Shown here: positions 11,852-20,486 of the stretch, piece after piece
How the letters are laid out: each line of letters begins with the position of its first letter
How positions within the stretch are numbered: position 1 is the first letter of the stretch
Assembly (NCBI GenBank): GCA_000004985.1
Contig: GG738864.1
DNA: 64,000 nt
Source of the DNA: Naegleria gruberi
Lineage: Eukaryota
Reading direction: 5' to 3' (one strand)
Program-made: the position numbers and the translations under genes
The notes under the pieces: model-generated
Told to the model about the DNA's origin: nothing
Database searches by the model: none
The model's input: the letters and a program-made list of their open reading frames with translations, nothing else

Positions 11852-12843
11852 TTACTTCTTTTCAGACTTTTTCTTCAAATTGGTAATAGTTTCCTTAAGA
11901 ATCGGATCAGCATAGGCTTGAGCTTGAGCATCAGCTTCTCTGGTGATCATTTGTTCAAGACCTTGAATTTGTTGCATTCTCAAATTCTTTAAACATAATT
12001 TGGTTGCAATTGGAGGATTTCTTGCAATACGAGCTGCATAGTCCAATGCCTTTTCTCTGAGTTTATCTTCACCTTCGACAACTTCATAGACCATTCCAAT
12101 TTCGAGAGCTTTTTGAGCAGAAATCAAGTCACCAGTCAATAATAAAACACTGGCATTTTGATGACCAAGTAAATAAGGGAGGAATATGTAGAGGCCATAC
12201 CTGGTGATAAACCAATATTTACAAAGTTGACACCAAGTTTGGCACTTGTTTCAGCAAATCTGACATCTGTGGCCAAACTGATGGCCAAACCAGCACCTAC
12301 AGCATGTCCATTCAAAGCAGAAATGGTTGGAACTGGAGAGAATTTCAAAAGTGGTTCCAAGAATGAATTATAAAATTGAATCATTCTTCCAGAATTATTA
12401 TATGGTTGATCATTACAACGTTCCAATAAGAAATCAAAATCACCACCTGCACTGAAAGCAGATTTAACACCAGGAGTTTTAGATGGAGCACCTGTCAAGA
12501 CAATACATCCCAAATTCTTGTTTTTCATAATTTTATCACTTGTGAAAAGATCTCTAAATTGTTGAGCAGTTTTAACACAGAGTGCATTCATCTTTTCTGG
12601 CTTGTTAATAGTAACAATTCCGATGGTGGTTTCTTGATTGAATGGAGTGGTGAATTTTGGAGCAATTTGTGAGAGTGGAACTTCTTCAAAGACAATAAAT
12701 TGTTCTTGATCCGATGATGATGATGAACGATTCATGGACATGGTAGAGAAGGATCTTGATGAAGGCATCTTCATCATTGAAAAGCGAGAGGAAGAAGTGG
12801 CTCCAACAAGGGAGAGGACACGTCTTGAAGTGTTTTTGATCAT
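11852..12843 (-). CDS. Mitochondrial enoyl-CoA hydratase/isomerase (crotonase family), interrupted by a 1-nt frame break near 12172-12186
   Basis: N-terminal R/S-rich presequence. Upstream frame reads ...CIVLTGAPS...AGGDFDFL...ALNGHAVGAGL...NIGLSPGMASTY. Downstream frame resumes LPYLLGHQNASVLLLTGDLISAQKALEIGMV, aligning residue-for-residue with the ECHS1 segment [32 protein letters not shown]. No room for an intron; one nucleotide appears to be missing in a TCCTCCC run. Confidence 0.6.
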
Positions 12844-13143
12844 TTTTTTTGATTGGTGTGAAAAGAGGTTAAATTTTGAATGGGTGATTGATTTCTATTG
12901 GATAGTAATTTTTGTTTGTAATCTTTCAATTTATAATGTTTGAGAAATCAAATTGAGGTTGTAAAGTTCATGTTTTATTCAATTGAATCATTGAAAAACA
13001 AATGAAATCCAAAATCACTTGAAAATATATTTCCATTTTCTAATAAATATACGATTCTTTACACTAGTTTATTGAAGATTTTTACAAACCTTCCTAATTA
13101 ATATTTCAATTACCTTCCAATTCAAGGTAAATAGATAATTTAT

Positions 13144-14013
13144 TTAATCGAGGGATTGAGATGCAAAACGTCCAGTATAAACAGCTCTACCTTCAAGCTT
13201 CATAAAGACGAATTGACACAAGTGAGTGCCTGGATACAATGCAAGAGAATTAGGACTAATGGAGTGTCAAAATGCAAAATTCATTTCAATAAACTTACCT
13301 AGCATTGAAAATTTCCAAGACTTGCTTGTTGTTAATACCTGGTTGCATGAAACCAGCAGTGATGTGAATAGCAAGACCCATACGAGCGAATCTAGATCTA
13401 CCTTCCAACAAACCACAGAAACTTGGTGAAATACTGACAGTTTCTTCAGTGATGCCCAAAACAGTTTGACCTGGTTTGAGAACAAAGCATTCACCCTTTG
13501 GAACCTTAACAACCTTTGAGTATTGCTTATAGTCAACGTCATCAGTAATTGGAATAACATCTTCGGAAACTGTCATTTCTCTGAATTCATCTCCAAGAGT
13601 TCTGTATAAGCATTATAAAATTGCATCATATTCAATATTGCATTTTGTATCATCATTTTGTGGTCAATAACATTTTCATTGCATTTTGATGAAATTTTTC
13701 ATGAATTTAAAAACACAAAGATTTTAAAAAGACACCTACAAGTCATAAGAAGCAGGACCCAAGTGAGACAAGTTGAATGGAGTGATGGTAATTTGTCTAT
13801 AGAGTTGCATCATTAAAAAGGTTCATATCAAACGTTACATTGATCATCACAATGACACACAACAATACATTCAAACATGGTCATCATTCCGAGTAATAAT
13901 ATCAAACAAAAGAGTAGCAGATTTATTGTTGGCACCCTGATGTGTGTCCAACCTTCTTCAACTTACTTGGCTTGAATAGCTTTCAAAATCGAGTCGCGGG
14001 AGAGAACAGACAT
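13144..14013 (-). CDS. dcd: dCTP deaminase (Dcd/dUTPase superfamily, bacterial type) with 4 exons: 13967-14013, 13740-13796, 13299-13601, 13144-13255
   Basis: Spliced protein MSVLSRDSILKAIQAKKQITITPFNLSHLGPASYDLTLG...EGRSRFARMGLAIHITAGFMQPGINNKQVLEIFNASPNSLALYPGTHLCQFVFMKLEGRAVYTGRFASQSLD aligns along its length with E. coli Dcd (GRSSLARLGL, LPLALRPG motifs). Donors GTAAGT, GTAGGT, GTAAGT. Total 519 nt, in frame. Confidence 0.6.
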
Positions 14014-14443
14014 TTTTTTATATTAATTTATATATTAAATAATACAAATGATATTATTAGAGTATCTTTGTCTTGATTACTTTTTTGGGTGCATCAAGAA
14101 TTTTCTGCTCCATGCAACTTTCCAGGCGGCGGAATATATGTGAGGATTTATTTGACTGTGTATTACTTCATGAAATTAATATTAAACACTGTTTGGTACT
14201 ACAGATTTTACACTTGGAAGATAACGGGTAAAATTTCATACTGCTTTCATTCATCTGGGTAATGTCAATCAGCTTATTAAGGTTCTAATGGTTTCGTATT
14301 GTTACACCATCACTTGGCTGGGATAAATGGAAAAAAAAAGAGTCAACTAGTTCAATATTTGCTTTCAATTAGTTGGTTGAGCATAGTGGTATTTTAACCA
14401 TGAACCGTTCTCATTACTTTTCTAAAGTTTAAAAAATAGCAAA

Positions 14444-15877
14444 ATGAAACTTATCAATTTTCTAAGTCTTCTTGATAGCTGTTGGTGCACTGTCTTCTAA
14501 CTTGGTTTCGTCACAAGAAGTTAGGGATGTTTCTTTGAAAGTATGTTAAAAATCTCTAGATTTAGTCAATTACAAGCTTTTAAGATACACTGGCTTCTCT
14601 ATCGACCTAATTCAATTTCTTGTTTCCAAAATGACAAACGTGTCCATTGAATTTTATGAAGCTCCAGATGGTACCTTTGGTAGTCCAACTGCTGCGAATG
14701 TGAATGGAAACTGGTCAGGAACCATCGGTGAAATAATATCTGGTCGTGCTGATGTCATGATTGGCCCTTTAACAATTACTCAAAGTAGACATCAAGTCAT
14801 GGATTTTACAACAAGTTTCTTTGATGTTGGACTTTCTATTCTAACTCTTAAACAAGGAGAGGAATCTAATTTATTTTCATTCTTATTACCATTCTCGTGG
14901 GAGGTTTGGATTTTGATTTTCGTGAGTGCATTAATAGTTGCCTTGCTAACATGGGTTTTTGACCATGTTTCGCCTTATGGACATTCGAAACAATCAGACG
15001 AATCAAAGAATGAATTTGATTTTAGTGGTTCGTTAATCAATGTATGACAATATCTGGTCAAGACGGAAATCCAGGTAAAAGCTGGTCAACCAGAATCATG
15101 TTGTTAGGTTATTTCCTCTTTGTCATGATTATTCTCTCAACTTATACAGCTAATTTGGCAGCCGTCCTGACAACAAAGGTTCAATCCACAAGAGTTACTG
15201 GACTATCTGATATCAGAACCTACGGATTCAAGTTTGGTGTGGCTAAAAACTCTGCTCCTGCTTCTTACATTTCCAGCAGTGAAGACATGGCAGATATCAA
15301 AAAGAATATGGTTGTATTCGATTCCCTCGATGATTGTTTACAAGCTCTGAGAGATGGAAAGGTGGATGCTTTGATTTGGGCAAGTGCCATTCTCGAATAT
15401 ATGGCCAATCAACCACCATGTGATACTTTGGTCGTTGGTGATTTGTTTAGTCCTGGAAATTATGGTTTACCTTTTGCTAAGGGAAATTGGATGATTGGTC
15501 ATTTCACTTCGGTGTTGTTGTCGATGAGAGAAAGTGGACTTGTTGAGAAACTCAAAAGGAAGTGGTGGATTGATAAGGGAAGCTGTTCATTGGTTGAATT
15601 GACACAAACAGCAACAGGTGTAAAGATTCAAGACTTGGGAGGTATCTTTTTGATTTTGGCAGGTTTTGTAGTTGTTGGTGGTGTGGTTTTGATATTCGAA
15701 TTAGTATATAGGGCTGTATATGACAAGACAAAACACAAAACTAAACATCTGAAATATCTGAATAGATTCTTGGGAGGTGAAAAGCACCTAGTTCAACGTG
15801 AGAAAGATGTACAGGAATTGAACACCACGAATATTGCAACTCCAACACTCGAAAAAGATGGGAATATGAACCAGTAA
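14444..15877 (+). pseudogene. Minimal ionotropic glutamate receptor (S1-M1-P-M3-S2-M4, no amino-terminal domain) with several reading-frame lesions; possibly a pseudogene
   Basis: Contains YTGFSIDLIQFL, GNWSGTIGEIISGRADVMIGPLTITQSR (S1), the pore/M3 STYTANLAAVLTT (the SYTANLAAF signature), S2 and M4. The frame breaks at about 15044-15047, so the track splits it into ORFs 14631-15047 and 15044-15877. An in-frame TAA lies at about 14547-14549 within a 36-nt GTATGT...AAG segment that may be a mini-intron. The signal-peptide-like start at 14444 is in yet another frame. Confidence 0.5.
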
Positions 15878-16055
15878 ATATATTTTAAAAGGGATATGTA
15901 GATATTGATATTTCGTAAATTAAGGTGTTTGGTGGCTTTCTTTCCAAAACTCTACAAGGCAAAACTAGTTAAATTTTCAGCCTCCAAAGACATTGAAATT
16001 GATAATGGGAATTAAGGCAGAATATATTTAATTACCTCGGGTTGAGATTGTCAAT

Positions 16056-16174
16056 GGCTACGGCCATATCACGATGAATGCACCTCATCCCGTCCGATTT
16101 GAGAAGTTAAGCATCGTCGAGCCACATCAGTACTGAGGTTGGAGACAACTTGGGAACCTGTGGTGCTGTAGTCT
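16056..16174 (+). rRNA. 5S ribosomal RNA, solo copy
   Basis: GGCTACGGCCATATCAC...CCCGTCCGATTTGAGAAGTTAAGC...GTACTGAGGTTGGAGACAACTTGGGAACCTGTGGTGCTGTAGTC matches the eukaryotic 5S consensus, including box A/C regions. The terminal helix pairs 5' GGCTACGG with 3' CTGTAGTC. Followed by TTTTTT. Confidence 0.8.
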
Positions 16175-16180
16175 TTTTTA
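16174..16180 (+). terminator. Pol III oligo-T terminator of the 5S gene
   Basis: TTTTTT run directly after the 5S 3' helix. Confidence 0.5.
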
Positions 16181-16321
16181 TTTAACATTTTTTTATTCTG
16201 CCTTAATAAACTGTATTGTCTAGACTTTCTTTGAAACTGAATTTACGTGAATTTATTCGGCTGGAACTTGATTTTTACCACCTTATTAATAATACTGAAT
16301 TTAAATTTCCATAAGTCCATG

Positions 16322-17278
16322 TTACACCATCAAACAGCCTTTCTTTTTTTTATGTAGAGATAATACCTCTTCCAGCACTTTTTTTGGATCATCAATACGT
16401 ACTCGAAACTTTCTAACACATTCTTCCACTAATTTATCAATATTTTCATTTGTTTTTGCACTTGTTTTCAAAATTGTACAATTAGTCAATTCAAATTCTT
16501 TTACAACTTCTTGTACCATTTCCAAATTAATTTCATACCTATCAGGGAGATCACATTTGTTCATGGCAATCATACAGGGAGCATTCTTTCCCTTCCTATC
16601 TACAAATTTACTTATCAATATTTTCAATTCTTCCAAACTTTTCTGGTCTATCATTGAGCAAACAAGAATCAAAACATCGAACATGCAATTTTTCCAATAA
16701 TAATCAGTTTCTTCCTCACTACACGTATCCAAAAAGTTTACAGTTTCCTCTTCATCATCCACAGAGATTGTTCGTTTGTACGAATCATAACCGGTAGGGT
16801 CATATTCTAGGAAGAATTGCCCATATATAAATCTTGTTATGATTGAGGATTTTCCACTGCCTCCCCTTCCAATCACTAACAGCTCAATAATTGGTGTATC
16901 AAATTTTTTTCTAAATATTTTCCCTTGTTTTTCTCTTGTTCGAATCAAATGAATAAAGTAACCTAAACTTTTAACAACTCCAATCTTGGCGAATTTATCA
17001 AAAACATGCAAAGATTCCATTTCTTTTGATTCTACTGATATCGAATACTGATCAAATATCACACCAACAAAAATCCAACAAAATTCATCAATGTATTTTG
17101 CAATAAATTTCGAATAATTTGGATGAATCAATCGGAAACTTAATACATTCGGAATGGAGTTTTTTAATTGATGGAAATATTGTTCATGCAATTTTCTTTC
17201 AGCTAACTCATAAAACGGAGACAAGTATGAAATAATTTCTGTATGAATCTCTTGGGGAAGTTGAAGAAATTTGGACAT
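16322..17278 (-). CDS. F-box-like N-terminus fused to a divergent Ras-superfamily small GTPase domain
   Basis: 318 aa, ATG start, TAA stop. N-terminus LPQEIHTEIISYLSPF is F-box-like. GTPase motifs: G1 GRGGSGKSS, G4 NKCD, G5 TSAK. Switch II reads LDTCSEEE instead of DTAGQE (Gly60 and catalytic Gln61 replaced). Confidence 0.6.
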   Translation of the reverse strand: MSKFLQLPQEIHTEIISYLSPFYELAERKLHEQYFHQLKNSIPNVLSFRLIHPNYSKFIAKYIDEFCWIFVGVIFDQYSISVESKEMESLHVFDKFAKIGVVKSLGYFIHLIRTREKQGKIFRKKFDTPIIELLVIGRGGSGKSSIITRFIYGQFFLEYDPTGYDSYKRTISVDDEEETVNFLDTCSEEETDYYWKNCMFDVLILVCSMIDQKSLEELKILISKFVDRKGKNAPCMIAMNKCDLPDRYEINLEMVQEVVKEFELTNCTILKTSAKTNENIDKLVEECVRKFRVRIDDPKKVLEEVLSLHKKKKGCLMV

Positions 17279-17393
17279 TTTTTAATGATAAGAAACCTCC
17301 TAAGTTGCTCCTTCAAACAACAACTCACTTGCCAAGGAATAAACATGGATTTAATTAGAAACATTGGGAGTAATATTTTGATGAGATCAAGAA

Positions 17394-17466
17394 GCCGACA
17401 TAGCTCAGTTGGGAGAGCGTAAGACTGAAGATCTTAAGGTCCCTGGTTCGATCCCTGGTGTCGGCA
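17394..17466 (+). tRNA. tRNA-Phe (anticodon GAA)
   Basis: GCCGACATAGCTCAGTTGGGAGAGCGTAAGACTGAAGATCTTAAGGTCCCTGGTTCGATCCCTGGTGTCGGCA is near-identical to metazoan tRNA-Phe. Has a 7-bp acceptor stem, D-loop AGCTCAGTTGGGAGAGC and T-loop GGTTCGATCC. Followed by a TTTTT run at about 17470-17474. Confidence 0.9.
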
Positions 17467-17599
17467 AATTTTTATTCCGATAATAACTAATAAGGTGGTA
17501 AGAAAGAAGGGGTACAGAGCAAGACCTAGAAATAGAAGAAATTCTTCATCTAACTTCAAAGAAAGTTTATTAAGGTGGAATAAGAAGGAAAAAACGACA

Positions 17600-17637
17600 A
17601 CACAGGTTCCAAGTTGTCTCTAACCTCAGTACTGATT
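17600..17637 (-). repeat. Inverted partial copy (about 35 nt) of the 5S rRNA 3' region
   Basis: ACAGGTTCCAAGTTGTCTCTAACCTCAGTACTGAT is the reverse complement of 5S positions around CATCAGTACTGAGGTTGGAGACAACTTGGGAACCTGT, with 2-3 differences. Confidence 0.5.
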
Positions 17638-17864
17638 GGAAAATTCCATTCCTTTTAAACAATTTAAAACTTGGAAATCGTCTAATACATTCAAATTCCA
17701 CTGTTTCAATAATTCAATCATAAATTCCTTATCATTTCTTAGAGAAGGTGGTTATTTTGAAATGAAAATATTTCAAACCCATTTCCTTATCATTTCCAAT
17801 TTGGAAATGAATAAATTGTAGCAAATCTTAAAGCACATTGAATTATTGTAATTGTTGGATTATT

Positions 17865-18881
17865 TCAAATAACACCAATATCAAGTGATGTTAATTGTTT
17901 CATTTCACTTATGAATTTGGATCCTTCTACACCAATTTGATTGTAAGTAATGTCAAGTGATGTTAATTGTTTCATTTCACTTATGAATTTGGCTCCTTCT
18001 ACACCAATTTGATTGCCAGTAATATTAAGTGTTAATTGTTTCATTTCACTTATAAATTTGGATCCTTCTACACCAATTTGATTGTAACCAATATTAAGTG
18101 ATGTTAATTGTTTCATTTCACTTATATATTTGGATCCCTCTACACCAATCCCATTATAATATATATCAAGTGATGTTAATTGTTTCATTTCACTTATGTA
18201 TTTGGCTCCTTCTACACCAATTTGATTGTAACCAATATTAAGTGATGTTAATTGTTTCATTTCACTTATATATTTGGTTCCCTCTACACCAATTCCATTA
18301 TAATATATATTAAGTGATGTTAACTGTTTCATTTCACTTATGTATTTGGATCCTTCTACACCAATTTGATTGTAAGTAATGTCAAGTGATGTTAATTGTT
18401 TCATTTCACTTATGTATTTGGCTCCTTCTACACCAATTTGATTATCAGAAATATAAAGTGATGTTAATTGTTTCATTTCACTTATGAATTTAACTTTATC
18501 TGGAGAGTTACGCAACCTATAACAAAACTTAACATTTACAATACTATTCTTGAATTGGCTTTTCATAAACAATTCAATTCTATTTTCTGTAAATTGTTTT
18601 TTAAATTGAATAACAAGTCTTGAACGTTCCCGGATCACATTAAAGAATTGTTTTGAAATTAAAGAACAATTATTCAAAATAAACCACGAATCATCAATCA
18701 TGGAAATTATGTCAAAACAAACATCATCTGAAAATATATCTTGTTGGAGTTTCACAACTTTTTTTGCTTTCTCTTTCATCGAATAATTATCATTAATCAA
18801 TAGCTCCTCCGAAATTAATTGATTTGCAAAATCTTGGCTGATTCGTTTGCTCATTTTTTTATTACTAATAGTTTTCTTCAT
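17865..18881 (-). CDS. F-box-like plus leucine-rich-repeat protein with about 8 near-identical 24-aa repeats
   Basis: 338 aa. Repeats EMKQLTSL(D/N)I(T/G/Y)YNQIGVEG(A/S)KYIS. N-terminus DVCFDIISMIDDSWFILNNCSLIS is F-box-like. Stop is TGA, with an in-frame TAA about 26 codons later. Confidence 0.6.
   Translation of the reverse strand: MKKTISNKKMSKRISQDFANQLISEELLINDNYSMKEKAKKVVKLQQDIFSDDVCFDIISMIDDSWFILNNCSLISKQFFNVIRERSRLVIQFKKQFTENRIELFMKSQFKNSIVNVKFCYRLRNSPDKVKFISEMKQLTSLYISDNQIGVEGAKYISEMKQLTSLDITYNQIGVEGSKYISEMKQLTSLNIYYNGIGVEGTKYISEMKQLTSLNIGYNQIGVEGAKYISEMKQLTSLDIYYNGIGVEGSKYISEMKQLTSLNIGYNQIGVEGSKFISEMKQLTLNITGNQIGVEGAKFISEMKQLTSLDITYNQIGVEGSKFISEMKQLTSLDIGVI
17880..18480. repeat. Tandem 72-bp nucleotide repeats encoding the LRR units (8 or more copies, over 90% identical)
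   Basis: Recurring TTGTTTCATTTCACTTAT(G/A)(A/T)ATTTGG(A/C)TCC(T/C)TCTACACCAAT(T/C)(T/C)(G/C)ATT units are visible directly in the sequence. Confidence 0.6.
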
Positions 18882-19072
18882 ATATCAATTATGCCAGCCA
18901 TTTCATTGAACTAATGTCTATTCGATTGGTCAATCAAGAAGAACAACCAACACAAACGAATGTAAGAGAAAAGCTAATGCAGTTACTCAACCAAGAAAAA
19001 GAAGGAATGCTCATTTCCCTATGGCATCGTTCTGCAAATTGACGATGGCGTATTTACTCTTTGAGCTCAAGT

Positions 19073-19345
19073 TCACTTTAAAATATAAATACTTGTACAG
19101 TAAGTTAATATTGACAAGTTGCTAGATAACCAATCTGAACCTTCGAATAAACCATTGCCATTTATTTCACTACATGGTTGGATGTATCAATCTTGTTTGA
19201 TCGAATTTAAGTGCAATATCTTTGCAAGGTCTGTAACTTTGGCGGCCCTTGGTAAATCTTGCTTATTAGCCCAAATTAAAAATTTGGCATTTGATGGATC
19301 TTCCATAACTTTACAGGATGAGGTGCATTCATCGTGATATGACTG
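19073..19345 (-). CDS. ARF/ARL-family small GTPase, C-terminal coding segment; in-frame TGA at the invariant Trp codon. Upstream exons not resolved.
   Basis: Minus-strand translation ...AKFLIWANKQDLPRAAKVTDLAKILHLNSIKQD-[TGA]-YIQPCSEINGNGLFEGSDWLSSNL aligns with ARF1 [57 protein letters not shown]. The TGA (plus coordinates 19187-19189) sits exactly where W of NWYIQ is expected. Absent from the ORF track because TGA splits it into pieces shorter than 60 aa. A possible MG... start lies near 19580. Confidence 0.4.
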
Positions 19346-19714
19346 TAGCCCTCACTTAATCGAATTCTTAATATAAAAACAATAATATATCAAATCCTAA
19401 GAAAATAAACTTAATTAAATTATGAAAATTACAATGTATTAATTATTTGGTCTTTTATCAAATATTGGAACTTTTCAATTTGTGGTCAGTCTAACCTTGA
19501 AGTTCGTTCATTCTGTTCCTTTTTCTTTATTATTCCAAAGAGATGGTTAATGAAAGACCAAATGAATAATATCCAAAACCCATGGCTACTCCTTCTTTGG
19601 AAACTCGTTAATCATATTTCTTTCCAAAATTATTAATTGACTGAGCAAGTACAAGTTTTGAAATCTATAAATTGTGGAAAGTAAAAAATTAAAAACAGAA
19701 TACAAAGAAAACAA

Positions 19715-20114
19715 AATGAAAAGATTTATTTCAATTCTATTAATTGCATTGACGTTAACAGTTCTTGCTCTTTCATTCACATCAGGAGTTAGTGCCACCA
19801 CTGAAGAACAAGCATCAACTCTCTCCTTGTATATTAGAAAGTATGGAAATAAGAAGAGAAATCTCAAGAAATACAGATTAAAGAAGAGAAAGAACAACAG
19901 AAAGCTCAACAAGTACATTGATACCTATGGAAGAAAGAGAAGAGGATCAAAGAGATTAGGAAAGAGGAGAATTATCAGAAAGAAGGTTGATGTTTATGGA
20001 AAGAAGAGAAGATTGAATAAGAAGAGAAGAATTGATACCTATAGAAAGAAGAATAGAAAGAATAAAAGAGGAGGAAAGAGAAATAAGAAGGTTGATATCT
20101 ATAAGCGTAAATAG
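19715..20114 (+). CDS. Small secreted polybasic repeat protein (signal peptide plus K/R-rich repeats)
   Basis: MKRFISILLIALTLTVLALSFTSGVSA signal peptide, then repeats of the type (I/V)D(T/V)YG(R/K)KRR...KKRR. The track ORF begins upstream with a non-ATG start; first ATG at about 19715. Confidence 0.4.
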
Positions 20115-20486
20115 AATTTCCTTAAATTTTGTAATTATGAGTAATAAACGTGTGATTCCATTCAATCTTGTTTAACATGAGGCCTTAGAGTCTGAAAACT
20201 TGAATAAATGTTTGGAAGTTTGAATCATGTATAAAAATTCCTTTGGAATGTTTGCACTCCTCAAGCATGGAATAACAAAGAATGTATGTCCATGCACTCT
20301 TAGTCACTCCCGACGGTCTGTCTTAGGGCGTACAAATTTTTCCTCACTAACTGCGTACTATCTCTCTATTTTTATTTAAAAGGCCATTAATCGAAAACCT
20401 CAAATGAAACCAATAACAAAAAAAACTAATCAATTGATTAACTGTTAATAATAGTCATCTATTTAGCTCAAAATATTGAAAAAATC

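Larger units (their letters stand above)
16008..16210. repeat. Short inverted repeat (about 14 bp, AATTAAGGCAGAAT / ATTCTGCCTTAAT) bracketing the 5S rRNA gene
   Basis: Arms at about 16011-16024 and 16195-16208 are reverse complements with 13/14 matches. Confidence 0.35.

Noticed and set aside
13797-13813. ATGATG at 13808-13813, first taken as the dCTP deaminase start codon
   Set aside because: It lies inside CTATAG, the acceptor of intron 1. The true start is the ATG near 14013, whose exon (MSVLSRDSILKAIQAK) aligns with the Dcd N-terminus.
19586-19918. 110-aa Phe/Leu-rich ORF on the minus strand
   Set aside because: It is the antisense reading of the Lys/Arg-rich secreted-protein gene (AAG/AGA-rich sense gives TTC/CTT-rich antisense), a composition artefact.
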